From positions 322,477 to 386,476 of the forward strand of contig JACOXI010000003.1 of the NCBI GenBank assembly GCA_016176335.1: 64,000 nucleotides of DNA. Direction: 5' to 3'. Below the pieces are notes generated by a model. It did not search any database and was not told the origin of the DNA. It was given only the letters and a program-made list of their open reading frames with translations. This stretch comes from Candidatus Daviesbacteria bacterium. GTDB taxonomy: Bacteria > Patescibacteriota > Microgenomatia > Daviesbacterales > UBA10151. A program made the position numbers and the translations under genes. Each line of letters begins with the position of its first letter. The stretch's first letter is position 1. Below, piece by piece: positions 25,429 through 35,020 of the stretch.

Positions 25429-28173
25429 ATGCAAGATATGCTAGGCTTTTTTGGCAAGTTATTGGATTCAAATGAACGTGAGATTAATAAGTTTAAACCT
25501 CTTGTTCAGACTATCAATTTACTGGAAAAAAAGTTCTCCAAGCTGACAGACAAACAACTGAAGGGAAAATTTGCGGAATTTAAGCTGCGGTATGAAAGGG
25601 GAAACTCTTTGGGTGAACTTTTACCCGAGGTTTTTGCGCTCGTTCGCGAGGCTGCAAAAAGAACAGTGAAACAACGCCATTTTGATGTGCAGATGATGGC
25701 GGCAATAACATTACATCAAGGTAGAATTGCAGAACAAAAAACCGGAGAAGGAAAAACTCTTTCTGCCACTCCGGCTATTTTTTTAAATGCGGTAACAGGT
25801 AAAGGAATACATGTTGTCACAGTCAATGATTATTTGGCAAGAAGGGATTGCGGATGGATGGGGCCGATTTTTTATGCACTGGGTGCAACCTGCGCCACAA
25901 TAGTCCACGATGCGGCCTTTATTTTTGACCCTAAATATAAGGATCCTGCCCGCGATGATAAAAGATTACAACATTTGCGGCCGGTTTCCAGAAAAGAAGC
26001 TTATCAGGCAGATATTACTTACGGAACAAACAATGAGTTCGGCTTTGATTATTTACGTGATAATATGGTTTTTAGATTGTCCGATCAATCACAACGCGGA
26101 CACTATTTTGCAATTGTTGATGAGGTGGACTCTATCTTGATTGATGAGGCAAGAACCCCTTTAATTATTTCTCAACCGGCACAGGAGGCAACAGATAAAT
26201 ACTACAAATTCGCCAAAATTATTGATTCTCTCGCACCTTCCGATTATGTGGTTGATGAAAAACTGAAAACCGCGCACTTAACAGAACACGGAATATTGAA
26301 AATAGAGAAGATTTTGGGGGTTGATAATTTATATGAGAAAGATTTTTCCACTCTTCACCATTTGGAGCAATCTTTGAAAGCCAAGACTCTTTTTGACAAA
26401 GATCGGGACTATGTGGTGAAAGACGGGGAGGTAATAATTGTTGATGAGTTTACAGGCAGACTTATGCTGGGAAGAAGGTACTCGGAAGGATTGCATCAGG
26501 CAATTGAGGCAAAAGAAGAAGTGTCAATTCAACAAGAATCGCAAACCTTGGCAACCATCTCTTTTCAGAATTATTTTAGAATGTATGAAAAACTTTCCGG
26601 CATGACAGGTACTGCGGCAACGGAGGCGGAGGAATTCAGTAAAATTTATAAACTGGATGTGGTTGTTATTCCCACAAACAATCCAATGATCAGGACAGAC
26701 CATCCGGACACAATTTACAAAACCCAATCTGCAAAATACACTGCAGTTGCAAATTTGATTGAAAGCTTGCATAAAAAAGGTCAGCCGGTTTTGGTAGGCA
26801 CTACCTCAATCGAGAAAAATGAATTTTTATCGGAGCTCTTGAAAAGAAAAGGTATCTCCCACGCTCTTTTGAATGCAAAAAATCATGAAAAGGAAGCAGA
26901 AATTATTGAAAAAGCAGGAGAAAAAGGTTCGGTGACAGTTGCCACAAATATGGCAGGCAGAGGTGTGGATATAGTTTTAGGTAAAAATGTTGATAAGTTG
27001 GACGGGCTTTATGTTATTGGAACAGAAAGACATGAATCAAGAAGAATTGATAATCAGCTTCGTGGTCGTTCCGGAAGACAGGGTGACCCGGGCGAGACAA
27101 GATTTTTTATTTCGTTGGAGGATGATTTGATGAGGATTTTTGGAGGAGAACAAGTTTCCAAGGTTATGGATTTTCTCAAAATGCCGGCCGATGTACCGAT
27201 CGAGCATGGCCTTGTTTCCAAAGCCATAGAAGGTGCTCAAAAGAAAGTTGAGGGACACAATTTTGATATTAGAAAACACACTGTTGAATATGATGATGTG
27301 ATGAATCAGCAAAGAAAAATTATTTATGAGGTAAGGAAGAAAATTTTGGAAGCGGCAGAAAGTGAGCAAAGCTCGAGCGCTCCGCGCACTAAAGGCACTC
27401 AACTCAAGCAGGAAATCTTAGAGAAGATAGAAAAAGAAATGCAAGCTCTGGTTACAATTTATTCTGAAGAAGGCATTGATAATAAAAAGATTATTGATGA
27501 ATTTTCAACAATAGTTCCCATTGATGAGGAAAGTAAAAAGCAACTTGTTAGTCAGATTTCATCTTTTTCAACAACAGATGAAGTCAGTAAATTTCTAACA
27601 AACCTGTCGGTACAATTTTATGAGGAAAGAGAAAAACAGGTTGGAGAGGATGTGGCAAGGCAAATGGAGGTATTTGTATATCTTAATACCCTTGATACGC
27701 TTTGGATTGAACATCTGGATACTATGGATGATTTAAGATCAGGAATAGGACTTCGGGGTTATGCACAAAGAGATCCCTTAATTGAATATAAGAGGGAGGG
27801 ATTTGAATTATTTGAAAAATTAATGGTGACTATAGATTTTGAAATAGTCAGGAGAATTTATAAAGTTGCCCTCCAACAACCGCCGCCGCCCAGTCAGGTG
27901 GAAGTTTTGGAAAAGCGCCCGGAAATAGAAATAGGTGTGGCAACAGAAAAAAAGGAAATAGAAGAAATTGCGGAAGGTAAACCTTTGAATGAAGTTTTGG
28001 AGCAAGAGAGCGGGGTAACCAAAGTAACTATTGAAAGAAACGGTCAAGTGATTGCTCAAGAGACTTATGGAGCAAGTGGTCAGTTAACTAAACCTCATGG
28101 AAAGTTGGGCCGCAATGACCCATGCTATTGCGGATCTGGTAAGAAATACAAACGCTGCCATTATCCAAATTAA
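25429..28173 (+). CDS. secA: preprotein translocase ATPase SecA
   Basis: 914 aa. DEAD-like motor domains (MMAAITLHQGRIAEQKTGEGKT, IVDEVDSILIDEARTPLIIS). C-terminal zinc-binding CYCGSGKKYKRCH. Confidence 0.9.
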   Translation: MQDMLGFFGKLLDSNEREINKFKPLVQTINLLEKKFSKLTDKQLKGKFAEFKLRYERGNSLGELLPEVFALVREAAKRTVKQRHFDVQMMAAITLHQGRIAEQKTGEGKTLSATPAIFLNAVTGKGIHVVTVNDYLARRDCGWMGPIFYALGATCATIVHDAAFIFDPKYKDPARDDKRLQHLRPVSRKEAYQADITYGTNNEFGFDYLRDNMVFRLSDQSQRGHYFAIVDEVDSILIDEARTPLIISQPAQEATDKYYKFAKIIDSLAPSDYVVDEKLKTAHLTEHGILKIEKILGVDNLYEKDFSTLHHLEQSLKAKTLFDKDRDYVVKDGEVIIVDEFTGRLMLGRRYSEGLHQAIEAKEEVSIQQESQTLATISFQNYFRMYEKLSGMTGTAATEAEEFSKIYKLDVVVIPTNNPMIRTDHPDTIYKTQSAKYTAVANLIESLHKKGQPVLVGTTSIEKNEFLSELLKRKGISHALLNAKNHEKEAEIIEKAGEKGSVTVATNMAGRGVDIVLGKNVDKLDGLYVIGTERHESRRIDNQLRGRSGRQGDPGETRFFISLEDDLMRIFGGEQVSKVMDFLKMPADVPIEHGLVSKAIEGAQKKVEGHNFDIRKHTVEYDDVMNQQRKIIYEVRKKILEAAESEQSSSAPRTKGTQLKQEILEKIEKEMQALVTIYSEEGIDNKKIIDEFSTIVPIDEESKKQLVSQISSFSTTDEVSKFLTNLSVQFYEEREKQVGEDVARQMEVFVYLNTLDTLWIEHLDTMDDLRSGIGLRGYAQRDPLIEYKREGFELFEKLMVTIDFEIVRRIYKVALQQPPPPSQVEVLEKRPEIEIGVATEKKEIEEIAEGKPLNEVLEQESGVTKVTIERNGQVIAQETYGASGQLTKPHGKLGRNDPCYCGSGKKYKRCHYPN

Positions 28174-29568
28174 TTACTGTGTGTTATGCAGTATTAAGAC
28201 TTTATCTCTATCTTCTTTAAGAATCTTATAAGCATTCTTGGAGATATTAGGATTATTCAGACTATTTTTGCGAGTAATCATCAAAAAATCATCTTTACTC
28301 TGCAAAAGTGAAACAAGTCGTTCTATTTGTATTTGATCTACACGTTCCTTTTTTGAGTAAAATATTGCCGCGGGTACAAAATCTCCATCTATCAAAAGGG
28401 GCTGTGGATATTTACTTGCCTCTTCCGATAATATTGCCTCATCTGAAACAAAGGCGGGGATATCAATAAATTGATGCCAAATCATTTTAATTTGGTTAAA
28501 GTAAATTATTGCATTAAAGATTATAAAAATTGTATAGATTTGATATTTCCAATTTTTTAGGTATCTTTCCAAAACAGTAAAAGTAAATCCAAAGTAAACC
28601 AAGATTAAAATAGGGAAAGTAGGTATCAGGTGCCAAATTTGTATTTTGGGTGAGAAAGCAATTGGAGCCATAAAGGAAACAAAAAAAATTATAAATATGA
28701 AAAATCTCTTCTGTTTAAGGAAAACTGACAACATTATCGCTATCAAACTTCCCCAAAACCATTTTCCAATACCACTATGGAGATACTCTTTGGCAAGATT
28801 TAAGTTAGCAAGATAGGTAGAGTTAAAAGTTGCTCCGCGCAGGCCTATCCCTAAATAATTTCGGGTAAAGTTATGATCCTGAATTAGTTGAAGTGCAAAC
28901 CAACCTAATACAGTGGTTAAAAATAACACGACCGGTAATATTAAATCCTGCCACTTATATAGTTTATTCTTGTAAAAAATCAAAATGAGAGTTGGAATAA
29001 TTACCAGTGGTACCATAGTTTTTGTTAAAAATAATAAGACTAAACTTATTACAAGAGGAACAATAAATCTTTTATTTTCAATAGCCTTAATTGCCAAGAA
29101 AATAGTGAGAAGAAAAAACATGGTTAACAAAATATCAAGATCTCCAAGTCGGGATCTGTACACAAACCAAGTGGCTGAAGATAAAGCTATACCTGAAATT
29201 AAACCAACCAAAGGATTAAAAAGTTTTCTACCCAGGAAACAGAGTAGAATAATACTGATAATACCTGCTAATGCAGAAGGAAATCTGGTCCAAAACTCAT
29301 TTATCCCAAATATTTTATAAGTTAACGCCATTATCCAATAACCTGTTGGAGGATGATCAGTATAAAGACGATTGTTCCAGCTCAAGTTTATAATATTACC
29401 TGTTTTAAGAATATTTCTGGCCACTTCCGCATACCAAGCTTCATCCCAACTTACTAAGGAAGTCTGGCCTAATTTATATAGAAATAAAGGAAGCGTCAGT
29501 ATTACTAATACAGAAACGATTAGGTAGAATAAATAATTTGGGCTAATTGTTTTAAACGGTTTCATCAC
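28174..29568 (-). CDS. GT-C membrane glycosyltransferase, PMT/ArnT-like (DE-motif type)
   Basis: Polytopic (>10 TM). The first periplasmic loop carries SWDEAWYAEVARNIL ... HPPTGYW, resembling the DE motif and loop of the GT39/GT83 families. Confidence 0.65.
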   Translation of the reverse strand: MMKPFKTISPNYLFYLIVSVLVILTLPLFLYKLGQTSLVSWDEAWYAEVARNILKTGNIINLSWNNRLYTDHPPTGYWIMALTYKIFGINEFWTRFPSALAGIISIILLCFLGRKLFNPLVGLISGIALSSATWFVYRSRLGDLDILLTMFFLLTIFLAIKAIENKRFIVPLVISLVLLFLTKTMVPLVIIPTLILIFYKNKLYKWQDLILPVVLFLTTVLGWFALQLIQDHNFTRNYLGIGLRGATFNSTYLANLNLAKEYLHSGIGKWFWGSLIAIMLSVFLKQKRFFIFIIFFVSFMAPIAFSPKIQIWHLIPTFPILILVYFGFTFTVLERYLKNWKYQIYTIFIIFNAIIYFNQIKMIWHQFIDIPAFVSDEAILSEEASKYPQPLLIDGDFVPAAIFYSKKERVDQIQIERLVSLLQSKDDFLMITRKNSLNNPNISKNAYKILKEDRDKVLILHNTQ

Positions 29569-29595
29569 AAGTAGTATATCATCATATAATTAGAT

Positions 29596-31143
29596 ATGAT
29601 TTTCAAAATGAACATTTTTTCAAAAAACATCACGGCGCTTCTTTTTATTTTAATTGTTTTCAATACTCTACTGAGTGCTTACTGGTTATTACAAAAAGAT
29701 ATTCATTATGATGTGGATGTATCACGAGATTTTTTGGTAATGGATGATATAGTTAGAAATCATCATTTTACTCTTTTGGGTCCTCGTTCAGGAGCTATCC
29801 CGGGTATTTTCCATGGTCCCTTATGGTTCTATATTAATTTACCAGCCTTTTTAATTGGTGGAGGCAATCCTTTGGTAGTAGCTTGGTTTTGGTTTTTCTT
29901 ATCAATAATTTTTTTACTGATTGTCTTTTTGGTGGCAAAGAAATTATTTGATTTTAAAGTAGCCATATTTTCCGCACTTCTTCTTTCTGTCAACTCAATT
30001 GTCAATCCTTCAATTGGCTTGAAAAATTTTTATAATCCATATGGCGCAGTATTTTTGACTCCAGTATTCTTCTGGTGGTTTTATCAGTACATTACTACTC
30101 TAAAGGTGAAATACTTGATTTTTAGTCTATTTACTTTAGGTTTTATCATTCAATTTCAGATGGCTTTTGGGGTACCAGTTCTTATCACTATCACTATTTT
30201 TTTACTGTTTTTTTTATTTTATAAAAAAAGACTTTATGATTGTCTAGCTTATTTCATACTAGTAATTCCGCTTATGACTTTTATTATATTTGACCTAAGA
30301 CATAATGGTTTACAGTTTAATGCATTGGTTCAATTCCTAGGTCAGCACCATGGTTCTGCAGGTATTATATTAAATATCAGTGATCGTGTTAGGGCTGTAT
30401 TTTTTGATTTTTTTGATTTTTTCTCTCCGGGAAAAAATCTTCTAACTGTTTTTTTTGCAATTTTCTTTCTGACTGTCATCAGCATTCTTTTAAAGAAGAG
30501 TATTTATCCACAGAAAAAAATTTATTGGTTATTTATCTATTTATTTTTTGGATTTTGGATAATCTCTTTATTTTTTCAGGGAGGGGTGGGAAATTATTTT
30601 TGGCCATTCCTTCCTCTACTAATTATTATATTTTCTTCTTTTTATAATTTCCTGAATAAAAAAATTTTTATGATGGTTTTTATCTTAGTTTATTTAGTCA
30701 ATCTTTACACAGGTATTTTAGCAATTACTAATTTTAAATCCGATATTAATAAAAGAGGCCCGCATAGTTGGGGCTTTAATTTGCAAGTTGCAAAGGAAAT
30801 TTATATGGATGCTAAGGAAGATTTTGGATATTATACTTTCTCGCCCGACAGGTTTGCCTACCAACAAAGATACGCAATGATTTATGCTAAAAAGTTTTTT
30901 CCAAACTTAAATTCATATCCTTCAACAAAAAAGCCGAACACATATTTAATAGAAGTAGATCCGCCTAAAGATAGACCAGAGCTGGATAGTATTGGCTGGA
31001 GAATTAGTGAGGTTGGAATTAACCGTTCTCCAGATCAAACTTTTCGTTTTGATTTTATTCAAGTTGAGAAATACTTATTGTCTGATAAGGAGATTAAAAT
31101 TCCGGCAAATCCTTTAATTCTTGATTATATGTTTGTAAGATAG
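29596..31143 (+). CDS. GT-C-like polytopic membrane glycosyltransferase paralog (FDLRHN-motif subfamily)
   Basis: 515 aa. N-terminal loop HYDVDVSRDFL ... LLGPRSGAIPGIFHGPLWFY. Mid-protein motif FDLRHNGLQF. Soluble C-terminal domain. Paralog of 32637-34175. Confidence 0.55.
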   Translation: MIFKMNIFSKNITALLFILIVFNTLLSAYWLLQKDIHYDVDVSRDFLVMDDIVRNHHFTLLGPRSGAIPGIFHGPLWFYINLPAFLIGGGNPLVVAWFWFFLSIIFLLIVFLVAKKLFDFKVAIFSALLLSVNSIVNPSIGLKNFYNPYGAVFLTPVFFWWFYQYITTLKVKYLIFSLFTLGFIIQFQMAFGVPVLITITIFLLFFLFYKKRLYDCLAYFILVIPLMTFIIFDLRHNGLQFNALVQFLGQHHGSAGIILNISDRVRAVFFDFFDFFSPGKNLLTVFFAIFFLTVISILLKKSIYPQKKIYWLFIYLFFGFWIISLFFQGGVGNYFWPFLPLLIIIFSSFYNFLNKKIFMMVFILVYLVNLYTGILAITNFKSDINKRGPHSWGFNLQVAKEIYMDAKEDFGYYTFSPDRFAYQQRYAMIYAKKFFPNLNSYPSTKKPNTYLIEVDPPKDRPELDSIGWRISEVGINRSPDQTFRFDFIQVEKYLLSDKEIKIPANPLILDYMFVR

Positions 31144-31148
31144 TTAAA

Positions 31149-32636
31149 ATGAGATTTTTCCAAAAAACCAAACTTGCCCTTTTATTGATTGTTTTTCTGG
31201 GACTTTTCTTTAGGGTATATAAATTAGAAATTTTTTACCCTTGGGGTCACGACCAAGATCTTTTTGCCTGGATTGCCAAAGATATTGTCATAAATCATCA
31301 TTTTCGTTTAATTGGTCAGGAAACTAGCATTACCGGAGTATTTATTGGCCCCATTTTTTACTATTTAATATCTTTATCATTTGCAATTTTTAATATGAAC
31401 CCACTTAGTGCTGCAGTTGTGACTATTATTATTAGTCTATTCACCATTTTTAGTATATATTGGGTATTTAAAAAGTTCTTTGGACAAAGTGTGGGGATTT
31501 TAGGGTCTTTTTTATATGCAATTTCCCCGGGAGCAGTATTTTTAGATCGCTGGGTAGTACCTACTCAGCCTACAATGCTTTGGACGATTTGGTTTTTGTA
31601 TGTTTTATTATCTACTCTTACAGGAAATTTTAAAATTGTCATACCGCTTGCCATTTTAGTAGGTCTGATTTGGCATATCCATATTGCTTTCATACCTTTA
31701 CTTGTTTTACTGCCTGTTGCTTTTTGGTTGTCGGGGAGAAAACTTCAAGATCTTAAATTTAACCTAAAATCAATGTCAATAACCATTTTGATATTAGTTT
31801 TTTTTCTTGCTCCTTTTTTTGCTTTTGAGCTGCGACATGGTTTTCAACAAATTAAAGGCATAATTAGAGCAAGCTATCAAAAAGCAGATAATTTAGAAGG
31901 GACCAGTAGATTAGGTAAAGTTTTTGAATCCGGTGGAAGATCACTTGCTGGCGCCTTTGTTTTAAGCGGTCCTGCAACAAATCTGGACTCTGGGATTGCA
32001 ACTGCCTTACCGCTTTTATTATTTGGGGCAATTTTATATCTCTGGTCTATCAAAATTTTGAAAAAGGAGCAAGCAGTATTATTTATGGTATGGTTTGTGA
32101 TTGTATTCTTAGGTCAGTATTTCTCCAAAAGAATTATCACCGAATATTATTTTAATAATCTTTTTATTTTACTTTTTTTGATTTTGGCTCTTGTATTGAA
32201 TAAATTAAATAGTTTATCAAAAATGGTACCTGTTAGTTTACTTATGATAATCTATCTACTAACTGTGACAGTTTGGTTTATTAAAAGGGATGATGATCAG
32301 GGAGGATTCTTTTATAAAAGGAAAGCTTTCGAATATATTCAAGCTCATTCGGCTAGCAAAAATTATCCTTGTGTTGCTATAAACTTTATTGAAAGCAAAC
32401 CAGGAGGTGGAAGTGGCTCCAGATATCTTTATTGGTATTACAAGCTGCCTGTAATTGCAGCAGGAAGTTATACTGCTGTCTATAATATTGTCAATCCTTG
32501 GACAATTTCCAAAGATGAAGTGAAGGTAAGGTTCGGTAGTCTAGGGGTAATTATACCTTCTCAAGAAAAGGTTGATCCTAGTCAATGCTTAAAAGCAGAT
32601 CGTCAATTATTACCTTTGTGGGGGTTTACTAACTAA
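31149..32636 (+). CDS. GT-C-like polytopic membrane glycosyltransferase paralog
   Basis: 495 aa. GHDQDLFAWIAKDIV ... LIGQETSITGVFIGPIFYY ... DRWVVPTQPTMLW ... LVGLIWHIHIAFIP ... FELRHGFQQ. Close paralog of the minus-strand gene 35021-36553. Confidence 0.55.
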   Translation: MRFFQKTKLALLLIVFLGLFFRVYKLEIFYPWGHDQDLFAWIAKDIVINHHFRLIGQETSITGVFIGPIFYYLISLSFAIFNMNPLSAAVVTIIISLFTIFSIYWVFKKFFGQSVGILGSFLYAISPGAVFLDRWVVPTQPTMLWTIWFLYVLLSTLTGNFKIVIPLAILVGLIWHIHIAFIPLLVLLPVAFWLSGRKLQDLKFNLKSMSITILILVFFLAPFFAFELRHGFQQIKGIIRASYQKADNLEGTSRLGKVFESGGRSLAGAFVLSGPATNLDSGIATALPLLLFGAILYLWSIKILKKEQAVLFMVWFVIVFLGQYFSKRIITEYYFNNLFILLFLILALVLNKLNSLSKMVPVSLLMIIYLLTVTVWFIKRDDDQGGFFYKRKAFEYIQAHSASKNYPCVAINFIESKPGGGSGSRYLYWYYKLPVIAAGSYTAVYNIVNPWTISKDEVKVRFGSLGVIIPSQEKVDPSQCLKADRQLLPLWGFTN

Positions 32637-34175
32637 ATGAACAAGTTCTTTCCTTCGGAAATGAGATTACTATATTACCTAATTTATGCTTTTATTATGC
32701 TAAATATAATGTTAAGCGCTTGGTGGTTGTTTCATGGTGATATTCGCTACGACGTAGATATAGCCAGAGATTTCCTGTTAATAAAAGAAATTCTCACCAT
32801 TAAACCTTTTACCTTGATAGGATCGCATACCTCAGTAAGTGGAGTTTTCCATGGTCCTTTGTGGTATTACCTCAATGTCCCTGCCTTTTTGATTTCTTCT
32901 GGTAATCCTATTTTCATTGGCTGGTTTTGGTGGGGGCTTTCAATTTTAACACTTATGATATTTTTCTTTGTAACTCAAAAATTATTTAATAAACTTACGG
33001 CTTCTTTGGCAACACTTCTCTACAGCGCAAGCGCAATTATTAATCCTATATACGGCTTAAAGATGTTTTTTCCTCCATATGGTGCTGTGGTTTTATCTCC
33101 TGTATTTTTTTACCTATTTTTAAAATATATCAATAGTAAAAAAGCCAAATATTTGACAGCGGCTTTATTTAGCTTGGGGCTTATTATTCAATTTGAGATG
33201 GCTTTCGGAATCCCAATGTTACTTCTTACCATATTATTTTTGACATTTTTTCTATTTACCAAAAAGTTAGTAAAACATTGGTTAGCTTTCCCCGTAATTC
33301 TTTTACCTTTGTCTACTTTTATACTTTTTGATCTTCGCCATAATTTTTTGCAAACTCTCTCCTTAGTAAGATATGTGACGTCGGAGGTGGGTAAACGTCA
33401 ATTTGATTTGTTTACCATTTTTATAGAGAAGATTAATGGAATTTTCTCCGACACATTTTTCTTATTAACACAGGACAGTAGAATGTTAAGCTGGATATAT
33501 TCTATTTTGTTTATCATTTTAGTTTTCAAAGTTAAACAAAAGACAAAAAAAACCTACTTTTTCTTTTTATATTTTTTCATAGGATATTGGCTTCTTCATC
33601 TTTCTCTAAAACCTCTCTGGAGCACTTATTATTGGCCTCTTTTACCTCTGATTATTATGCTTTACAGTGCCTTCGTAAACTTTTTCTCCAAGAAAGTCTT
33701 TGTAATAATTTATATTCCACTTTTAATTTGGAGTATGTATATAGGTATAAGTTATATTAAAGATTTTAAGATAGATGTGACTGAAAGAGGTAAATATAGC
33801 TGGGCTTTCAATAAGTTAATTGCGGACAGTGTTTTCAAGGATACAGAGAGTGATTTTGGATATTTTATCTTTACTTCTGATCGATGGGTTTATCAAAATT
33901 GGTATGCCTTGGATTTTGTGCAAAAAGATTATCCTCAAAAAAAAGCACATCCTTTCACCAAGCAAAAATTAACCTATTTAATAATAATTGATTATCCAAA
34001 AGATCGTCAGGATCCAGTGAGTCAGGGATGGAGAATAACTGATCTTAAAATTACATCAGAGCCTCAAGAAATAAAAAATATTGATATTGTGCAAATTCAA
34101 AAATATTTCTTAACTGAAGAAGAGATAAAGTCACCAGTAAATCCTTATCTTTTAAATTCAACTTTTTTCAGATGA
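32637..34175 (+). CDS. GT-C-like polytopic membrane glycosyltransferase paralog (FDLRHN-motif subfamily)
   Basis: 512 aa. RYDVDIARDFL ... LIGSHTSVSGVFHGPLWYY ... FDLRHNFLQT. C-terminal soluble domain is alignable with that of 29596-31143. Confidence 0.55.
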   Translation: MNKFFPSEMRLLYYLIYAFIMLNIMLSAWWLFHGDIRYDVDIARDFLLIKEILTIKPFTLIGSHTSVSGVFHGPLWYYLNVPAFLISSGNPIFIGWFWWGLSILTLMIFFFVTQKLFNKLTASLATLLYSASAIINPIYGLKMFFPPYGAVVLSPVFFYLFLKYINSKKAKYLTAALFSLGLIIQFEMAFGIPMLLLTILFLTFFLFTKKLVKHWLAFPVILLPLSTFILFDLRHNFLQTLSLVRYVTSEVGKRQFDLFTIFIEKINGIFSDTFFLLTQDSRMLSWIYSILFIILVFKVKQKTKKTYFFFLYFFIGYWLLHLSLKPLWSTYYWPLLPLIIMLYSAFVNFFSKKVFVIIYIPLLIWSMYIGISYIKDFKIDVTERGKYSWAFNKLIADSVFKDTESDFGYFIFTSDRWVYQNWYALDFVQKDYPQKKAHPFTKQKLTYLIIIDYPKDRQDPVSQGWRITDLKITSEPQEIKNIDIVQIQKYFLTEEEIKSPVNPYLLNSTFFR

Positions 34176-35020
34176 ATCAAGAATTTAGGAATTTAACGAA
34201 TAGGTGGGTTGCAGGAAAGTTACCAGCAAGACCGCTGGATGCCAATAAAGGGACTTTTGGAAAAGTATTGGTAATTGCGGGTTCCGAAAATTTTCCTGGA
34301 GCGGCATATCTTTGTTGTGCTGCTGCTTATAGAGTAGGAGCTGGACTGGTAACATTAATAACTGAAAAGGAGGTCAAAACTGTGGTTTCTAAGAAACTAC
34401 CTGAAGTCACTTTTCTATCTTTTTCTGAAGTTTTTGAAAAACTGAATCACTATGATGTTGTTTTGTTAGGTCCTGGTTTAGGTCAAAGTAAAAATCTTGT
34501 TGAGTTTGTAGACAGATTCTTAAAAGAGAGATTGTCAAAAACAGTCATAGATGGAGATGGTTTGAATATTCTTTCTAAAAAGCAGAATTGGTGGGAGAAA
34601 TTAAACGGGGAAGTAGTTTTAACACCTCACCCGGGCGAAATGGCAAGATTGACTGACCTATCTATAGATGAGATTCAGGCAAATAGAGAAGAGATTACAA
34701 AACATTTTGCAAAAAAATGGAACAAAATTGTAGTTTTAAAGGGCGCAAATACTGTTATTGTCTCCCCTGGTGGGGAAGTGGGGGTAAGTCCTTTTGCAAA
34801 TCCCGCTCTTGCAACAGCAGGCACAGGTGATGTTTTATCGGGAATAATTGCTGGTTTAATTGCCCAAGGACTGAAACCTTTTGATGCGGCATGTTGTGGG
34901 GTGTACATTCATGGGATGGCAGGTGAAGAAATAAAGCAGAATATGGGTGACGCGGGAGTACTAGCAAGTGACCTGCTACCGTTTTTACCAGGGATTTTAA
35001 AAAAACTTAGGCAATCTTGA
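34172..35020 (+). CDS. nnrD: ADP-dependent NAD(P)H-hydrate dehydratase (YjeF C-terminal domain)
   Basis: GTFGKVLVIAGSENFPGAAYLCCAAAYRVGAGLV and GTGDVLSGIIAGL motifs. Confidence 0.8.
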   Translation: MNQEFRNLTNRWVAGKLPARPLDANKGTFGKVLVIAGSENFPGAAYLCCAAAYRVGAGLVTLITEKEVKTVVSKKLPEVTFLSFSEVFEKLNHYDVVLLGPGLGQSKNLVEFVDRFLKERLSKTVIDGDGLNILSKKQNWWEKLNGEVVLTPHPGEMARLTDLSIDEIQANREEITKHFAKKWNKIVVLKGANTVIVSPGGEVGVSPFANPALATAGTGDVLSGIIAGLIAQGLKPFDAACCGVYIHGMAGEEIKQNMGDAGVLASDLLPFLPGILKKLRQS